NCBI RefSeq assembly: GCF_000143415.4 | Contig: NW_003314273.1 | Span: 1,704,052 to 1,768,051 of the forward strand | DNA length: 64,000 nt | Source of the DNA: Selaginella moellendorffii | Lineage: Eukaryota; Plantae; Lycopodiophyta | Direction: 5' to 3' | In this document: positions 35,241 to 48,023 of the stretch, piece by piece | Layout of the letters: each line of letters starts with the position of its first letter | Numbering within the stretch: position 1 is the first letter of the stretch | Notes under the pieces: generated by a model | Seen by the model: only the letters and a program-made list of their open reading frames with translations | The model's database searches: none | What the model was told of the DNA's origin: nothing | Program-made: the position numbers and the translations under genes

Positions 35241-36738
35241 CTAAGGGACACGGAGTAATGTACATATATGTTACATCGATCCAGTAGGCGGCAGCAATAG
35301 CATTTACTCTTATGAGTGTTGGCCTAAAGTTGGCCTAAATATGGCCTAGAGTGAGTGTAATTCTAGCATTTAAAGTGCCTTTCTCTACCTTCTTCTCATC
35401 TTTGCCATCTAGTTTTAGTATAGGATTTCCTTTTTTTGCTAGTTGTAAATTCGTATCAACCTGTAAAGGTGTGAGACTCTTTGTGTTAAAATCACCATTC
35501 TCCAAATCAACTTGTGGTTGCAAGTACTTGTTGTTGAGTGATTTCTATGTTGATCTTTTTATTTGGCGCCATTAAGAGTTAGGGATGATTTCTAGTTCAT
35601 TTTAGCTTTCAGATTCAGCCCTTCTTCATTGAGTTCTAGTCATGATACAAACGCTAAGTAACTCTTTTGTATTTAACTATTTGTAAATGACTAAATTTTC
35701 CATTCTACTTTAGTCAACCACATCTTTAATCATTTAAAGGAGTCTCACTCACAACCTCCATAAATCCTATTCTAGACTTGGGGCTTACTAGCCCCAAGAA
35801 TGGCATCCATGCCACTCAACCTTTGCACTTGGTCTAAGTGCTCCATGTGTCTGATCCCATGACTGACACCCAAAGGTGCCACCGACATATCAACCCATTA
35901 CGCTAAGCCCATGCCCATTCACGTTTGTCACACCGGTGATCCAACACCACTTATATCACAGTCCCATCTCTCAAAGACTGGGCCATCCTTCCATGAGTGA
36001 TCATCCTAGATCCACCCTTAGCATCCTTAAAATGCCTATAGACATAGAAAACAGCCTTCCCCAATATCCCTTTTTTGGTCCCCACTAAGTCCCTTTCTGT
36101 CCATGGCCGTATTCGCAAACACTGCCATTAGGTTAGAGCTCAAATGCCCAACCGCTATATCCCATTAACATTTGGGAATTCCTCACTATATGACCATATC
36201 CTTGGCACCAAAGGATTGCTCCTCTTCCTTTCCATAGCCCGGGGCTCTAGGACAACATTTCAAAACACTGTGGCCCTACTTGAGCCTCATGGGTACTCTC
36301 CCCACCTTTTGCCTTTGGGTGCTCTAGCCATGGGTCTAGAGTGAGGTTCTGTTGAGCCATGCCCGATATCCAAGTAGGTAGTGCCACTCATGCTCGAATT
36401 GGGAGCATCAACCGAGGGAGCTAGAGCCAGCTCTTGAACACATCACTAAGCTACCCCACTTATCAATCCATATTCACTCTAGCCCTTGATTCTTCAGTGG
36501 ATATATCACCAACCATTACATGAGCATAGCATTCCCTAGGTTATACTAGCCTTTCTTGGCCAAAATGGCTCCATTGGGGTCCAACCCCCACACTCTCCTT
36601 ACTATACTTTTGGAACCCATTGTAGCCCCCTCTTAGGGAATGATTGCTTTGAGCTTTCACCCAACAGCCTGTATTAGTATTTAGACTTAGATTCGAACTT
36701 GGACTTGGAGTCAGTCTCAGTTTCGGTCTCAGTTCCAT

Positions 36739-36932
36739 TGTAAGCTCCTAAGTTTGGACTTCCCGGGAGGTCACCCAGCCCAGTACTGTTCAAACCCAAG
36801 GACGCTTAACCTCAAATATCCCAAAACCCTTAACCGATTGGAAAAGGGGGTGCACTCTTATTCATAGGCCCTTTCCCTCTATATTTGAACCCCATGGATC
36901 GTCTCTCAAGTCGTTCCCTTTGGTTGCTTACA
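36739..36932 (-). mobile_element. Cassandra-like solo LTR containing a 5S rRNA internal-promoter fragment (36756-36810)
   Basis: TGTAAGC...GCTTACA ends; TSD TCCAT/TTCAT. The minus strand reads GTTAAGCGTCCTTGGGTTTGAACAGTACTGGGCTGGGTGACCTCCCGGGAAGTCC, which matches the box A / IE / box C region of plant 5S rRNA. Confidence 0.88.
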
Positions 36933-37567
36933 TTCATCTCGGACTCCATCTCGGACTCCATCTCAGGTCCATCTCAAACTCCATCTTGGGTCCATCTCAA
37001 ACTCCATCTCGGGTCCATCTTAGGTTCCATCTCGAACTCCATTTCAGACTCCATCTCAGACTCTATCTCAAATTCCATCTTGGGCCCATCTTGGATTTTA
37101 TCTCAGACTCCATCTGGGACTCCATCTTGGGTCCATGTCAGACTCCATCTTGGACTCTATCTCAAGTCCATCTCGACATTTCCACATGTCATATGATGGT
37201 CCTCTTGTGTCCCTTTTCTAGAGACTCACTTATTGCTTGCTTAGTACTCGTTTGTTGAGCACTTTATTGAGAATTCCACTACCACTCTTGACTTTTCAAG
37301 TTGGAGCTTTTAGGCCAAATGTGTTACGCTCGTTTGGCTTTTGTTTTGCCCACTACCACATGGCACCTTTTCGGCTCCACTTTGGGGGCTTAGAGATTTG
37401 TGTCTCACACAATTCTACCTCAACATGCCTAACTGCAAGTTGTGTATCATTAGAACACCTATCATTTTTGCTTAATGATTCAATTTCATTGTATGGCCTA
37501 GAATAGTGAGTACAAGTCTTAGTCTGATCATACTCTTTTGGCCTTTCATATTCTTTAGGTCTATTGT

Positions 37568-38278
37568 TGTAGCGCATGTGATCATGGGATGAGATTTGGA
37601 TATACTATCACCGTGGATCTTTGGAACCTTGGGGGATAAATAGGGATAAAATAGCCACTAAGGGCTTTCTCATCAAGCAATTGCCCCTTTTCCAGTTGGC
37701 TTAAGGGGAGAGAGATAAGGTGTGCTACAGTTGGTATCGGAGCAAATGGCACGGGTTCGATTCCCATTGATTAGTGGCTACTTAAAATATAATATACCCT
37801 TGAGCAAGGTATATTCTTACCCCTAAATTTGAAATCGTACATATTGGGCATCCATGCGTACGTCCTTCCTCTTGTGTGGAGTATCCACGGACGAAGGTAT
37901 CCACCGTGGGACTACGGTACGGGTGGATGACTAGTTGCCTCACATGGAATAGCTGTACGGGTGGATGACTAGTTGCCTCACATGGAATAGCTGGTCTACA
38001 CAATGGAAGGATTGGTAGATTGAGTGCGGAAATGGAGGTGTTAGTTCCCCTTGGCTCAGTAGGGGTTGTTAGTCAATAGTCAATGAGGACATTGACATCT
38101 TTGAAGGGGGGGTGAATGTAGCACATGTGATCATGGGATGAGATTTGGATATACTATCACCGTGGATCTTTGGAACCTTGGGGGATAAATGGGGATAAAA
38201 TAGCCACTAAGGGCTTTCTCATCAAGCAATTGCCTCTTTTCCAGTTAGCTTAAGAGGAGAGAGATAAGGTGCGCTACA
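37568..38278 (+). mobile_element. Complete TRIM (711 bp): LTRs 37568-37729 and 38117-38278
   Basis: 162-bp LTRs with TGTAGC...GCTACA ends, PBS TGGTATCGGAGC (37732-37743), PPT GAAGGGGGGGTGAA, TSD ATTGT, and a non-coding interior. Confidence 0.95.
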
Positions 38279-40959
38279 ATTGTAACCTCTAGGCTGATTG
38301 TATTCTCTAGGCCAATTATAGTCTCTAGGCTTATTTTCCTCATAGCTACTTGAAAATTACCCCTAGGTGGATAGTCTTGAAGATCATTTTGCATTTTAGC
38401 ACATAAATATTCACATTTGGCACTTCAATTATCATTGTAATCATTCCTTCTATGATAATTTTTATTGCTAATTTCTATTGCTAAACCCATTAGAAAAACT
38501 TTCTCTATCTCAATCTCACTATTTATTCCTAAGTTCTTTTAGCTTCTATCAACATAGCCGTTGCGCTTTAGAACTTTTATTTTGACTTTTCAAGTCAATT
38601 TCTTAGGTGTCTCCAACATTTTGTATTGCACATTTGGTGCAAACTCCATTTCCCCATCCTAAAAAGTTTTTTACTTAAGGGCACTATCATCTTTTCTTCT
38701 ATTTTATGCCACACTTGGCACTAAGTTCCATATATTCATAATTTGTGCTAGGGTTGTCCATAACTTTATCATTTGGCTATCTTGCTACTCCCTCTTTTTG
38801 AGCTTTCACTTCACCAAATTAAAGCATTTAGGAATTCATCCTTGGAAAAAAAAAAAATTCCGACAATCTATTCCTCATGTAACTTTTCCATTTGGATTTC
38901 TTCCAATGATTTCTATGGCCCATACTTGACCACTAATTTTTTGCTCTTATCCTTTAAGTATTGCATTAAGCAACATAGGATCACTATCCTCATCCTCGAT
39001 ATATCCTTTTCATTCCATCGCAAATGCTTTGTTTTGCCAAGTCTAGAGGGTGTTCACCCCTAGTAAATCTTTTAGCATTTTTTGCTATGGGTTCTATGCA
39101 TGGCCTAACCTAGCAACCCACCCATGAATCCCTTCCTTAGACTTGCAATACCACTGCATTGTTGTAGTTCATTTCCCTTATGTGTCTTTCCCATTTAGTC
39201 ACTTCGACCAAGCTACACCATTACTAATAGTTTAAATCAACACTTTGAACTAAGAAGTCTATTCTTTAACCTCACAAAAACTTTATCCTTGTTTAGCCAT
39301 AAAATCACCAAGTGATCTAACCTTGACCCCTTAACAAGTTTGCCAATAAGTATTAGATCTTTTAGACCTTTAACTTCTTGACCATGACCCTAGGGGCATC
39401 CCCCACACTTGGTAGTGCGCCCAAACTAGCCCTTCCAGCCAAGGGTTTATAACAATTAAGACTGGGTGTCCCCATCTCATTCACCATGTCCTTGGTGCCA
39501 CTTGCACCAAAGTATTCAAGTTAGATATATTAAGCTTTCACCTTAGCAATTTAATTGTGCATCACGACTCTGGGGCATCCCTCGCTTGACAGTGTGCCCA
39601 AGCCAGTGTGCTCACTAAAAGTCCATGACCACTGAAAAATGAGTGTCCTCATATTCCAAATCATCACTACGCCCTAGTGAGTTAGGACTTAAACCCAAAT
39701 ACTAGAGGGTTAGGACTTGAAATGCATCTACCAATGGCATCACCTAGGATGCTTGGCATGACTCCCCACGATAGTGCACCAACTTATACTTAAAATGCAT
39801 TACGAATCACAATATAGGAACTTAGTTCTTTCGAACCGCCAAGTCCTCTCACTTGACAAGTCTGTGATCATGCATAGACTCTTTTATGCTTGGCCCCATG
39901 GGCCACCCCTTTTTGATGTCAACACTTTCAACTAGGGTTTTTGTTCCCCCCGACTTGCCAATCTCACTTAGCAAGTCACTCGACTAGCATAATGTGGTTT
40001 CATGCATAAGCATGAAAGTCTTTAACCATTGACTTTCCTTTAGTGCCATCTCTTTGAACACTCAGAAATTATTTCCCCAACCTTGATAGTCTCACCTCAT
40101 AGTAAGTTTCAAGACCATGCTTTTGCTATGCCACTTTAATTTCACACATTTTATAAACCATTTACATTTATCTTTGTAGGTACTAATATACTTAGAATTG
40201 TCTTTGGGAACCTTGAGGGGAATCTATTCATTACCTTATTAAGGCTTCTTATTTCAGAAGTTTTCTAATTACTATATGGTTTAATATAAACAATTCCATA
40301 CTTTAAACTCTCTATAGCACCATAGTTATTAATAACAACATGTTCGAGCAGCCACTTAATTCTCCACTCCTAATTTGCATCACCATCCTTGGTTATGCAC
40401 TTTGATTTTTATAGTTCAATTCTATCCCTTTACTATTTGCTTTTTGGCCTTATATCTTCCCTTTAGTTATTCTCCTCCTATTTAGAAGGGTAGTTTTGCA
40501 CTTTCTACCATGTATTCTTAGGGATAAATCTACTTAATAACTTAGGGAGTGGTTCTTTAATCTAGATATGCTCATTGTGTAATCCCACACACTAAGATTA
40601 ATATTGCTATGTATGGGCCTCTTTATACCCATTGCTATCCATACCAAAATCCTTTTTTGGCTTTGTCCAATTTAAATAGAAAAACTTCCACTGTCTTCGC
40701 AACCTTAAATATTGGATAGCATCTTTAGATCCATTATTCGCTAGTGATTTAGTCCCTTGGGCCTTACTTAATGCCTTTATGATACCAAACACCACTTCCT
40801 AATGTTTTAAAGTGTTTAAGTGTCCCAATAATGATTATCTTTGATAATGGGTATTTCTCTTTACAACATTCCTTTATTATATCTCAACATAAGTAATTTA
40901 TCCCCCGAAGGAGTATAGTTTGCCAAAATAGAAAACTTAAATGAGCTTAAACTTAGAGT

Positions 40960-41760
40960 AATTTGGACCTTGCATATATCAAGACAAAATAGATGCTCTT
41001 GAAAATAAATTTGAGAGAAAATGGAATGGTCCATTTATTTTGTTTAAGATATCAACCTTAGGAATGGCTGAAGTGCACACCTTAAATAGAGACAATACTG
41101 CAAAAGTAAATTTAAACCGTTTAAAAAAGTACCATGAAGATATAAGCATAAATATTATTTATATCTTAGGATACAAAACTATAGATAGCCCTTACAAGGA
41201 TTCTTTGTGATGAACTACCTAAGTGTACAGATAAGATAACCAATTGGATGAAGGATAGGGGTCTAAAAAAATTCTACAAAGCTATATCAAATTTTTTAGG
41301 ATCACAAGAAGGCAAATTGGTTCTTCAATTATGGGATCCTAAAAAAGTAACTTTCAAAATAGATGGAGGGTATATTAAGATCACTAAAGATCTTATTTCT
41401 AAACTTTTCTATTTTCCCCATAGAGGAATTGGATAGAAGGAGTAGTTTTTCCTGATAAGCTCAAACATAGATCTGTTCACCTAGAACATAGGGAAAACAC
41501 ATGTCCCCTGGGAAAAATTTATCTTTGTGCTAGAGAAACACTCATATATCTAAGTGATTTGTTTGATGGGGAAGTTCAAAGGAAAGAAACCAAGGGATAT
41601 ATTAGATAGATATTCCTTTCTCTTGAGCAAGCCTTCCTTTAAAATCTTACTAGTATGGCTTATAAAAATATTCTCTAACCAATACAAGACTTAGAGAAAA
41701 CAAAAGAAGGGGCAGATACTCTAAAAGTAATATCTACATTTTTCTTGCCCCATTCTATAA
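40960..41760 (+). pseudogene. Integrase C-terminal GPY/F remnant and downstream decayed extra ORF of a non-chromovirus gypsy element
   Basis: KFERKWNGPFIL...KVNLNRLKKYHED at about 41005-41140. Confidence 0.55.
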
Positions 41761-41959
41761 TCTTTATCAGCGAACCATAAGGATCAATGAACAAAGGTTA
41801 CTAGTCCAATAAGGAAAAAACATTTCCACAATACGTTTGCATATAAAAGCAAGCAAAGGTGAAAGGATAAAACTTAGGGTTAACACATTAAGGCAAGGCA
41901 GCTTAGATAAATTGGAGGCAGCCAAAGAGCTTCATTCTCTCTCTTGCTCTTTCCTTCTC

Positions 41960-42220
41960 GTTCACTCTACGCATATGCCTCCACCAAAATGAGCTAACAC
42001 TCCAAGCTTAGCTTTGAAGCAATGCACAGTAGCATAAATGCCACCTAAGGTTGTGCAAAAGCAAATGCCATCACTGCCACCTACTAGGTTGAGTGTACCC
42101 TTGATTGGGTGGAGTGATCTTGTCCTCACACCACTGCCACAGGGCATTGACTCCACTCTTGAAGCACCGTCAATGCAAAATCTCATTTGGGCACCTATGT
42201 CAGCACCACACTACATCTCC
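41960..42220 (-). pseudogene. Short LINE fragment related to 32920-33065
   Basis: Shared sequence translating as CIDGASR.ES..CGSG.RTRSLHPIKG.L.LVG. Confidence 0.65.
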
Positions 42221-43167
42221 CAATTGCCTAACACTGAGTGTTTTGTGTACAAATCCCCACAGGTAGAAAAAATGCCTAAGCAAGACAAGCATATGATGGA
42301 AATTTTGTCCAATGATGAAAAGCTTGACTATAGCTAAGTGAAGTTTTCTAGGGAGCTTATGCTTTTTCCCTATGATAAATCTTGGCTTGATGGTTTTGGA
42401 TTACTCACCTATGCAGAGTTGCTTGAAGGAAAAATATTAATCGAGCAAGGGATCGAGCTCATGCAAAAGTAGTACCAATTAGAGTATGCATTTTTCTTTT
42501 TGTAAGCAAGTCCATCCCTTTGGACTCACCCAATTTACTCATATTTTTTGTCTACATAAAAAGGGTGAAATAATCATGATGAGCAAGAAGGATTGCATGC
42601 CCAATTAATACATCCTCTTTAACTACACATCTAAACGAGGACACAACTTCATCTACTTAAAGCCTAACTATCATGCTATGATTTTGTAATTTTGACTAAA
42701 TGAGAATGAAGTAGAGTGGATGTGGATTGAAGGGAATATTTTTTTTAAAAAAATTGGAAAGAATTCTAGATTTTCTTTTTTTAAGAAAAAATTATTTTTT
42801 GGAAAGAATTCTAGAATTCTAGCTCAACAGCCTGGAATAGGATTTGGAGAATGCAACTATCTAAAGACAGGTAGTAACTTTATCATGGGGGAGTGAGGAA
42901 GAGGTAAATGTTTTATTTTGTGTATCTTCCTAAGCAAAACAAAAGAAGGAAGTTTAAGCAAAATGGAGTTACTTCTAAACTCAGGCATCCAAAGAAGAAA
43001 TATTTAACCTAAGCAACGCTTGTAATAAACAAATTTCCAATGAAACAATGTTTGCTAATTAGGTAGCATAAGTAGTTAGTTTATAAGGGTGGCAATTTCA
43101 GTCCATGGTGAATTTGTTGCCATGCTCCAATCCGCCATGACAAACTCCTATCGAGCAATGCCATTTT

Positions 43168-44268
43168 TGTAGCGCACGTGGTTTTGACCCTTTATCCTAT
43201 GGTGATTTACCATAGGATAACACCACGAAGCGGAACCTAAACCCTCTTTATGCCACGTGACAGATGCCACATGTCACATAAAGAGGGTTTAGGTTCCGCT
43301 TCGTATCTAGATTTGCTCATTTGGCACATCTACAAAATGTAGAGATTGTTCTGAACACAATGGTGTTCGTCCCGTGTCCAAATTTGCAATCTAAAGACAT
43401 TCCATATTTAGTAAGTTTTGAGCTTGTCCTAGAGACGAACTCCTGATACTAAGGGTGGCTTGGGGTGAAAGCCCAAAGCATGTGTTCCTCAAGCGGGGGG
43501 GGGGGTTCCAAATGTATAGTGGGATAGTAGGGATAGTGGGTAGGTCAGGCATGGCTGACCAACCCGAAGCATAATCTAGCTCCCGTGTTATGATCCGGCG
43601 CAAAAAGACAAAGATCTCGTTGCCCTAGACTATGCTACGCCACCTCTTGAGGTTCCTCACCACCCAACCACCCCCGAGCTACCTCAAAAGCTCCACTGCG
43701 CCGCCGCTCCACTGTGAGCCCTAGGGTAGGTTAAGTCCCTTACCCTAACATGCCTTAATATACCCTTGAGCCTCCCTTTGACCGACGTTGACCACATAGT
43801 CAAAGCTGGCGCCTAACATCCCGCTTGCGTGCCTATCCTTGTTCTGCGTCCGGCTTGGGTCTAAACCCAAGTTCCACACCATACTAGCTGGTGGAGTACC
43901 CATGTCCTCACGTTAGGCACCGGTATGCCGAAATAGCGCCAGACTCCGTTTGGCTCCATTTTGTGTACTGGTCCTGACATTGGGATGCTGGTTGCTCTAG
44001 GATTGTTCCAAGTCGCTCCGGGCTCTTGTCCCTTCACTCCTTGGGCTTTATGCTCGGGAGTTGCTCCATGGATCGGTTTCATCACTCCTTGGCTCCACGC
44101 TTGGGAGTTTGGCACCGTTCCTTCATTCAGTGGCCGAAGGCCCTGAACATTGAGTTCTGCACCACATTCCTTTGGACACGTGGCATAAAGAGGGTTTAGG
44201 TTCCGCTTCGTGGTGTTATCCTATGGTAAATCACCATAGGATAAAGGGTCAAAACCACGTGTGCTACA
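43168..44268 (+). mobile_element. 5-prime LTR of family D, with 92-bp terminal inverted repeats; followed by PBS-like TGGTATCA and internal region (44271-45640, resuming 61738-64000)
   Basis: TG...CA ends; 43168-43259 is the reverse complement of 44177-44268; TGGTATCA at 44271. It shares the GGGTGAAAGCCCAAAGC...CCAAA.GTATAGT block with the family A and C LTRs. Confidence 0.8.
43586..43818 (-). mobile_element. Solo LTR, family B
   Basis: Reverse complement of 20450-20682, with perfect TSD TCCCG. Confidence 0.95.
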
Positions 44269-47200
44269 TTTGGTATCAAAGGATACGTCTCAGCGAGTGC
44301 TATCCAATGAGATTGGGCAACTAGTCTCATTGCATACGCAGAGATGAAAACGATGATCCGAGTGGGTACACGTTTTGGTGCAAAGGCTTCACAATCGTTC
44401 CTTGGGTATGGTTTTGGTTACCTTTTTGTACTGTATTGCATAAGCTTGCTCTTGGGCTCATAAGATGGATGTGAGATGTTCTATTTGCACGAGTTTGCGC
44501 TTGGGCTCGTGAGTGAGGCACATTAGCAACTCAAAGTCACACTTTGAGTTGGCAAGATTAATATTAGTCTATCAATGGTTCCATGAGTTGTTCTAATGGT
44601 TCCGTGAGTTGTTCCATGTACTGTGAGTTAAAGCAAACCTTCCCTAGTGGCAAATAGGCTGGTCCGTAGCTGTTTAGCACGACACTAGTAGATCCTTCCT
44701 AGGCATGATTATAAGTGGATCAATCAAGACTATAAGGATTAGTCTAATGGTTCAGGTAGTCATTGTTGTGCTCTCTCATAAACTTTTCTTAGATTGGACT
44801 GAAAGTAGTGCGAACGCAAGCTTGAGGTTTAGTCAAAGATGAGACCAAAAAGAGAGTCATTGGGGACGAAGGATCAAACACGTAAATCATTTTCTCTTGG
44901 AAAGATGATTTGCAACGAGGTGTTAACTCATTGCTCATGTTCACATCATGCAATCAAGAGTCCCTATCTTGATGCACATTAAAGATGATGGTCTTACAAT
45001 GGTGAGTTGTGGGATGGATAACGGTGAAGCGCTATACCATTTTATCTAGGCTTGCTATTGGAGAACTTGGGTTGCAATGCTCAATTCTTTTCCATGAAAC
45101 TTTGCTATTGCTCCTTAAGTAGCTTGGTGCTAGATTAGTGTTGAGTTTGGTCAGATAGAGAGTGGCATGAACTTGTCTATGTTGTGAACAAAAGTTAGTG
45201 GCGTCGGGTGTTGTAAATCTCTATCGGTGGGGTGTGGCATTTATGTTGCATTTTATCGAATCGAGTTAGCACTTGATACTCACATAAACGTTTGAAGTAA
45301 TGACATAGGCATTGCTCGTTTCGTTACTCAATTGATGATCAAATTATTGTGATATTTATATCATATCCATGTGATAATGAGCAATGTGTTTATGAAGTTG
45401 CTTGGTTAAACGATGATCAACCCCAAAGTGGTTGATGGTGAAGCTAGTCTACTTGCACATAGTAGCATTGTAGTAGCTTTGACTACATTCCCAATGGTGA
45501 TCTATTATGCTAAGGTTAAGTTGGTACTTTTTTTTCTCAAGTTTGCCCACTAAGGTGTTGGAAAGGGTTATAGCAATTGTTCACTTTAACTCGTCAATTG
45601 TTCCGTTAGCACTTGGAGTAGATTATTGGATGGAGACGGTTGTAAGGAACCAACTCGCCGAGGTGTCGTAGGCTAAAGGAACCCCGAAAGCATGACCAAA
45701 ATGACAAAGAGTTCATCGGATGAGACCAAGTCGAAGATCGAGTCCAAGACTGACTCTAGGACCGAGTTCGAGATCGAGTCCGGAATCGAGTCCGAGACCG
45801 ACTCGGGGACCGAGTTCGAGTCTGAGTTCGAGACCGAGTTCGAGACGGAGTCCGAGATCCGAAATCGGGTCCGAGACCGAGTCTGAGGTCGAGTCCGAAG
45901 TCGGGTCCGAGATCGGGTCCGAGATCAAGTCCGAGATCGAGTCCGAAACCGAATCCGAAGTCAGATCCGAAATCGGGTCCGAGATCGAGCCAGAGACTAA
46001 GTCCAAATACTAATACGGGTCAAGGGGTGAAAGCCCAAAGCGTGCGTCTCCCAGGGGGGGGGGGCTGCAGGGGGTTCCAAAAGTATAGTAGGGATAGTGA
46101 GGTCCAGGAACCAGTTTTGAAGGGACTCTCCAGTTGGGCTTCCAAACCGACTTGAGGTTGAGACTGGGACCGAGGGGCCTTGGGTGGGAGCTAGGTCAAC
46201 CAGGCGTAGGGAGCTACGCCCGACTCCCTGCGGGGATGTCGAATCCGTAGACGTATTCTACGGAGGTTGGGTTCGAGTCCCAACCCCCTAGTAAAGCAAG
46301 GCTGGGTTCAAGTCCCGACCCTATACTAGGGCGTGGTGAGGTGAGGAGTATAGGGACACCTATATTCAGTTGTCATGGGCTCTTGGCCGGGGAGGCTAAC
46401 TTAGGCACACCGCTAAGTGGGGGGATGCCCCCGGAGACATGGTCAACAAGTCGTAAGATAAAACGAGACGTTCGATGTGGGCATCGAACTTCTTCTATGG
46501 GTGGTGGAGTTGTAAGGAACCAACTCGCCGAGGTGTCGTAGGCTAAAGGAACCCCGAAAGCATGACCAAAATGACAAAGAGTTCATCGGATGAGACCAAG
46601 TCGAAGATCGAGTCCAAGACCGACTCTAGGACCGAGTTCGAGATCGAGTCCGGAATCGAGTCCGAGACCGACTCGGGGACCGAGTTCGAGTCCGAGTTCG
46701 AGACCGAGTTCGAGACGGAGTCCGAGATCCGAAATCGGGTCCGAGACCGAGTCCGAGGTCGAGTCCGAAGTCGGGTCCGAAATCGGGTCCGAGATCGAGT
46801 CCGAGATCAAGTCCGAAACCGAATCCGAAGTCGGATCCGAAATCGGGTCCGAGATCGAGCCAGAGACTAAGTCCAAATACTAATACGGGTCAAGGGGTGA
46901 AAGCCCAAAGCGTGCGTCTCCCAGGGGGGGGGGGGCTGCAGGGGGTTCCAAAAGTATAGTAGGGATAGTGAGGTCTAGGAACCAGTTTTGAAGGGACTCT
47001 CCAGTTGGGCTTCCAAACCGACTTGAGGTTGAGACTGGGACCGAGGGGCCTTGGGTGGGAGTGAGCATGGACTTGGCTGGTGCCGGAGGGGCCATCCAAG
47101 GAAGTGCTCAAGAGCAGCTCCCACTCCCGAAAGGGAAACCGATTGCGGTGCTCCCGGCTCATGTGGAGTGGTGCCCCACTTGAGTACCATGCGGCTCATT

Positions 47201-47351
47201 GGTCCTCGCCCTCCCTAGGGGCTTGGGCCTTCCTTCGGGATGGAAGTGGGGGGCGAGAGGTACCCATACCGGGCCGCTAGGCCACGGTGTTTCGCCCCGG
47301 CATCCTGAAGCAAGTGTTGCACTCAAGACTTGGGATTTAGAGGGTCCCATG

Positions 47352-47991
47352 TGTGAGACACAAAATCCCTAGGCCCCAAAGTGGAGCCGGAAGGGCGCCA
47401 CATGGTAGTGGCCGAAGCGAGAGCCAAACGAGCGTAACACGTTTGGACCAAAAGCTCCGACTTGAAAAGTCAAGAGCGGGAGTGGAACTCCCAACGAAGT
47501 GCTCGAGGAACGAGCACGAAGCGAGCAAAAGGCGAGGCTCCAAAAAGGGACCCAAAAGGACCAACACATGACACGTGGGAGTGTCCGAGATGGACTCGAG
47601 TTGGAGTCCGAAGTGGAGTCCGAGATGGACCCGAGTTGGAGTCCGAAGTGGAGTCCGAGATGGACCCGAGTTGGAGTCCGAAGTGGAGTCCAAGATGGAC
47701 CCGAGATGGAGTCCGAGATGGAGTCCGAAGTGGAGTCCGAGGTGGACCCGAGATGGACCCGAGTTGGAGTCCGAAGTGGAGTCCGAGATGGACCCGAGAT
47801 GGAGTCCGAGATGGAGTCCGAGATGGAGTCCGAGGTGGACCCGAGATGGACCCGAAATGGAGTCCGAGATGGAGTCTGAGATGGACCCGAGATGGAGTCC
47901 GAGATGGAGTCCGAGATGGACCCGAGATGGAGTCCGAGATGGAGTCCGAGATGGAGTCCGAGATGGAGTCCGAAGTCGAGACCGAGACCGG

Positions 47992-48023
<32 letters not shown>

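Larger units (their letters stand above)
35682..40925 (-). mobile_element. Old, diverged family A element (LTR 35682-37409, internal about 38490-40925) hosting two nested insertions
   Basis: TGTAAATGACTAAATTTTCC...TGTCTCACA. The internal region matches 15750-17534 and the reverse complement of 50470-52960, with many C-to-T / G-to-A changes. Confidence 0.85.

Noticed and set aside
36756-36810. 5S rRNA gene
   Set aside because: Only about 55 nt of the 120-nt gene is present, and it is embedded in a TG...CA LTR with a TSD.
42220-43160. Possible host gene fragment
   Set aside because: Only short broken frames with no recognisable motif.
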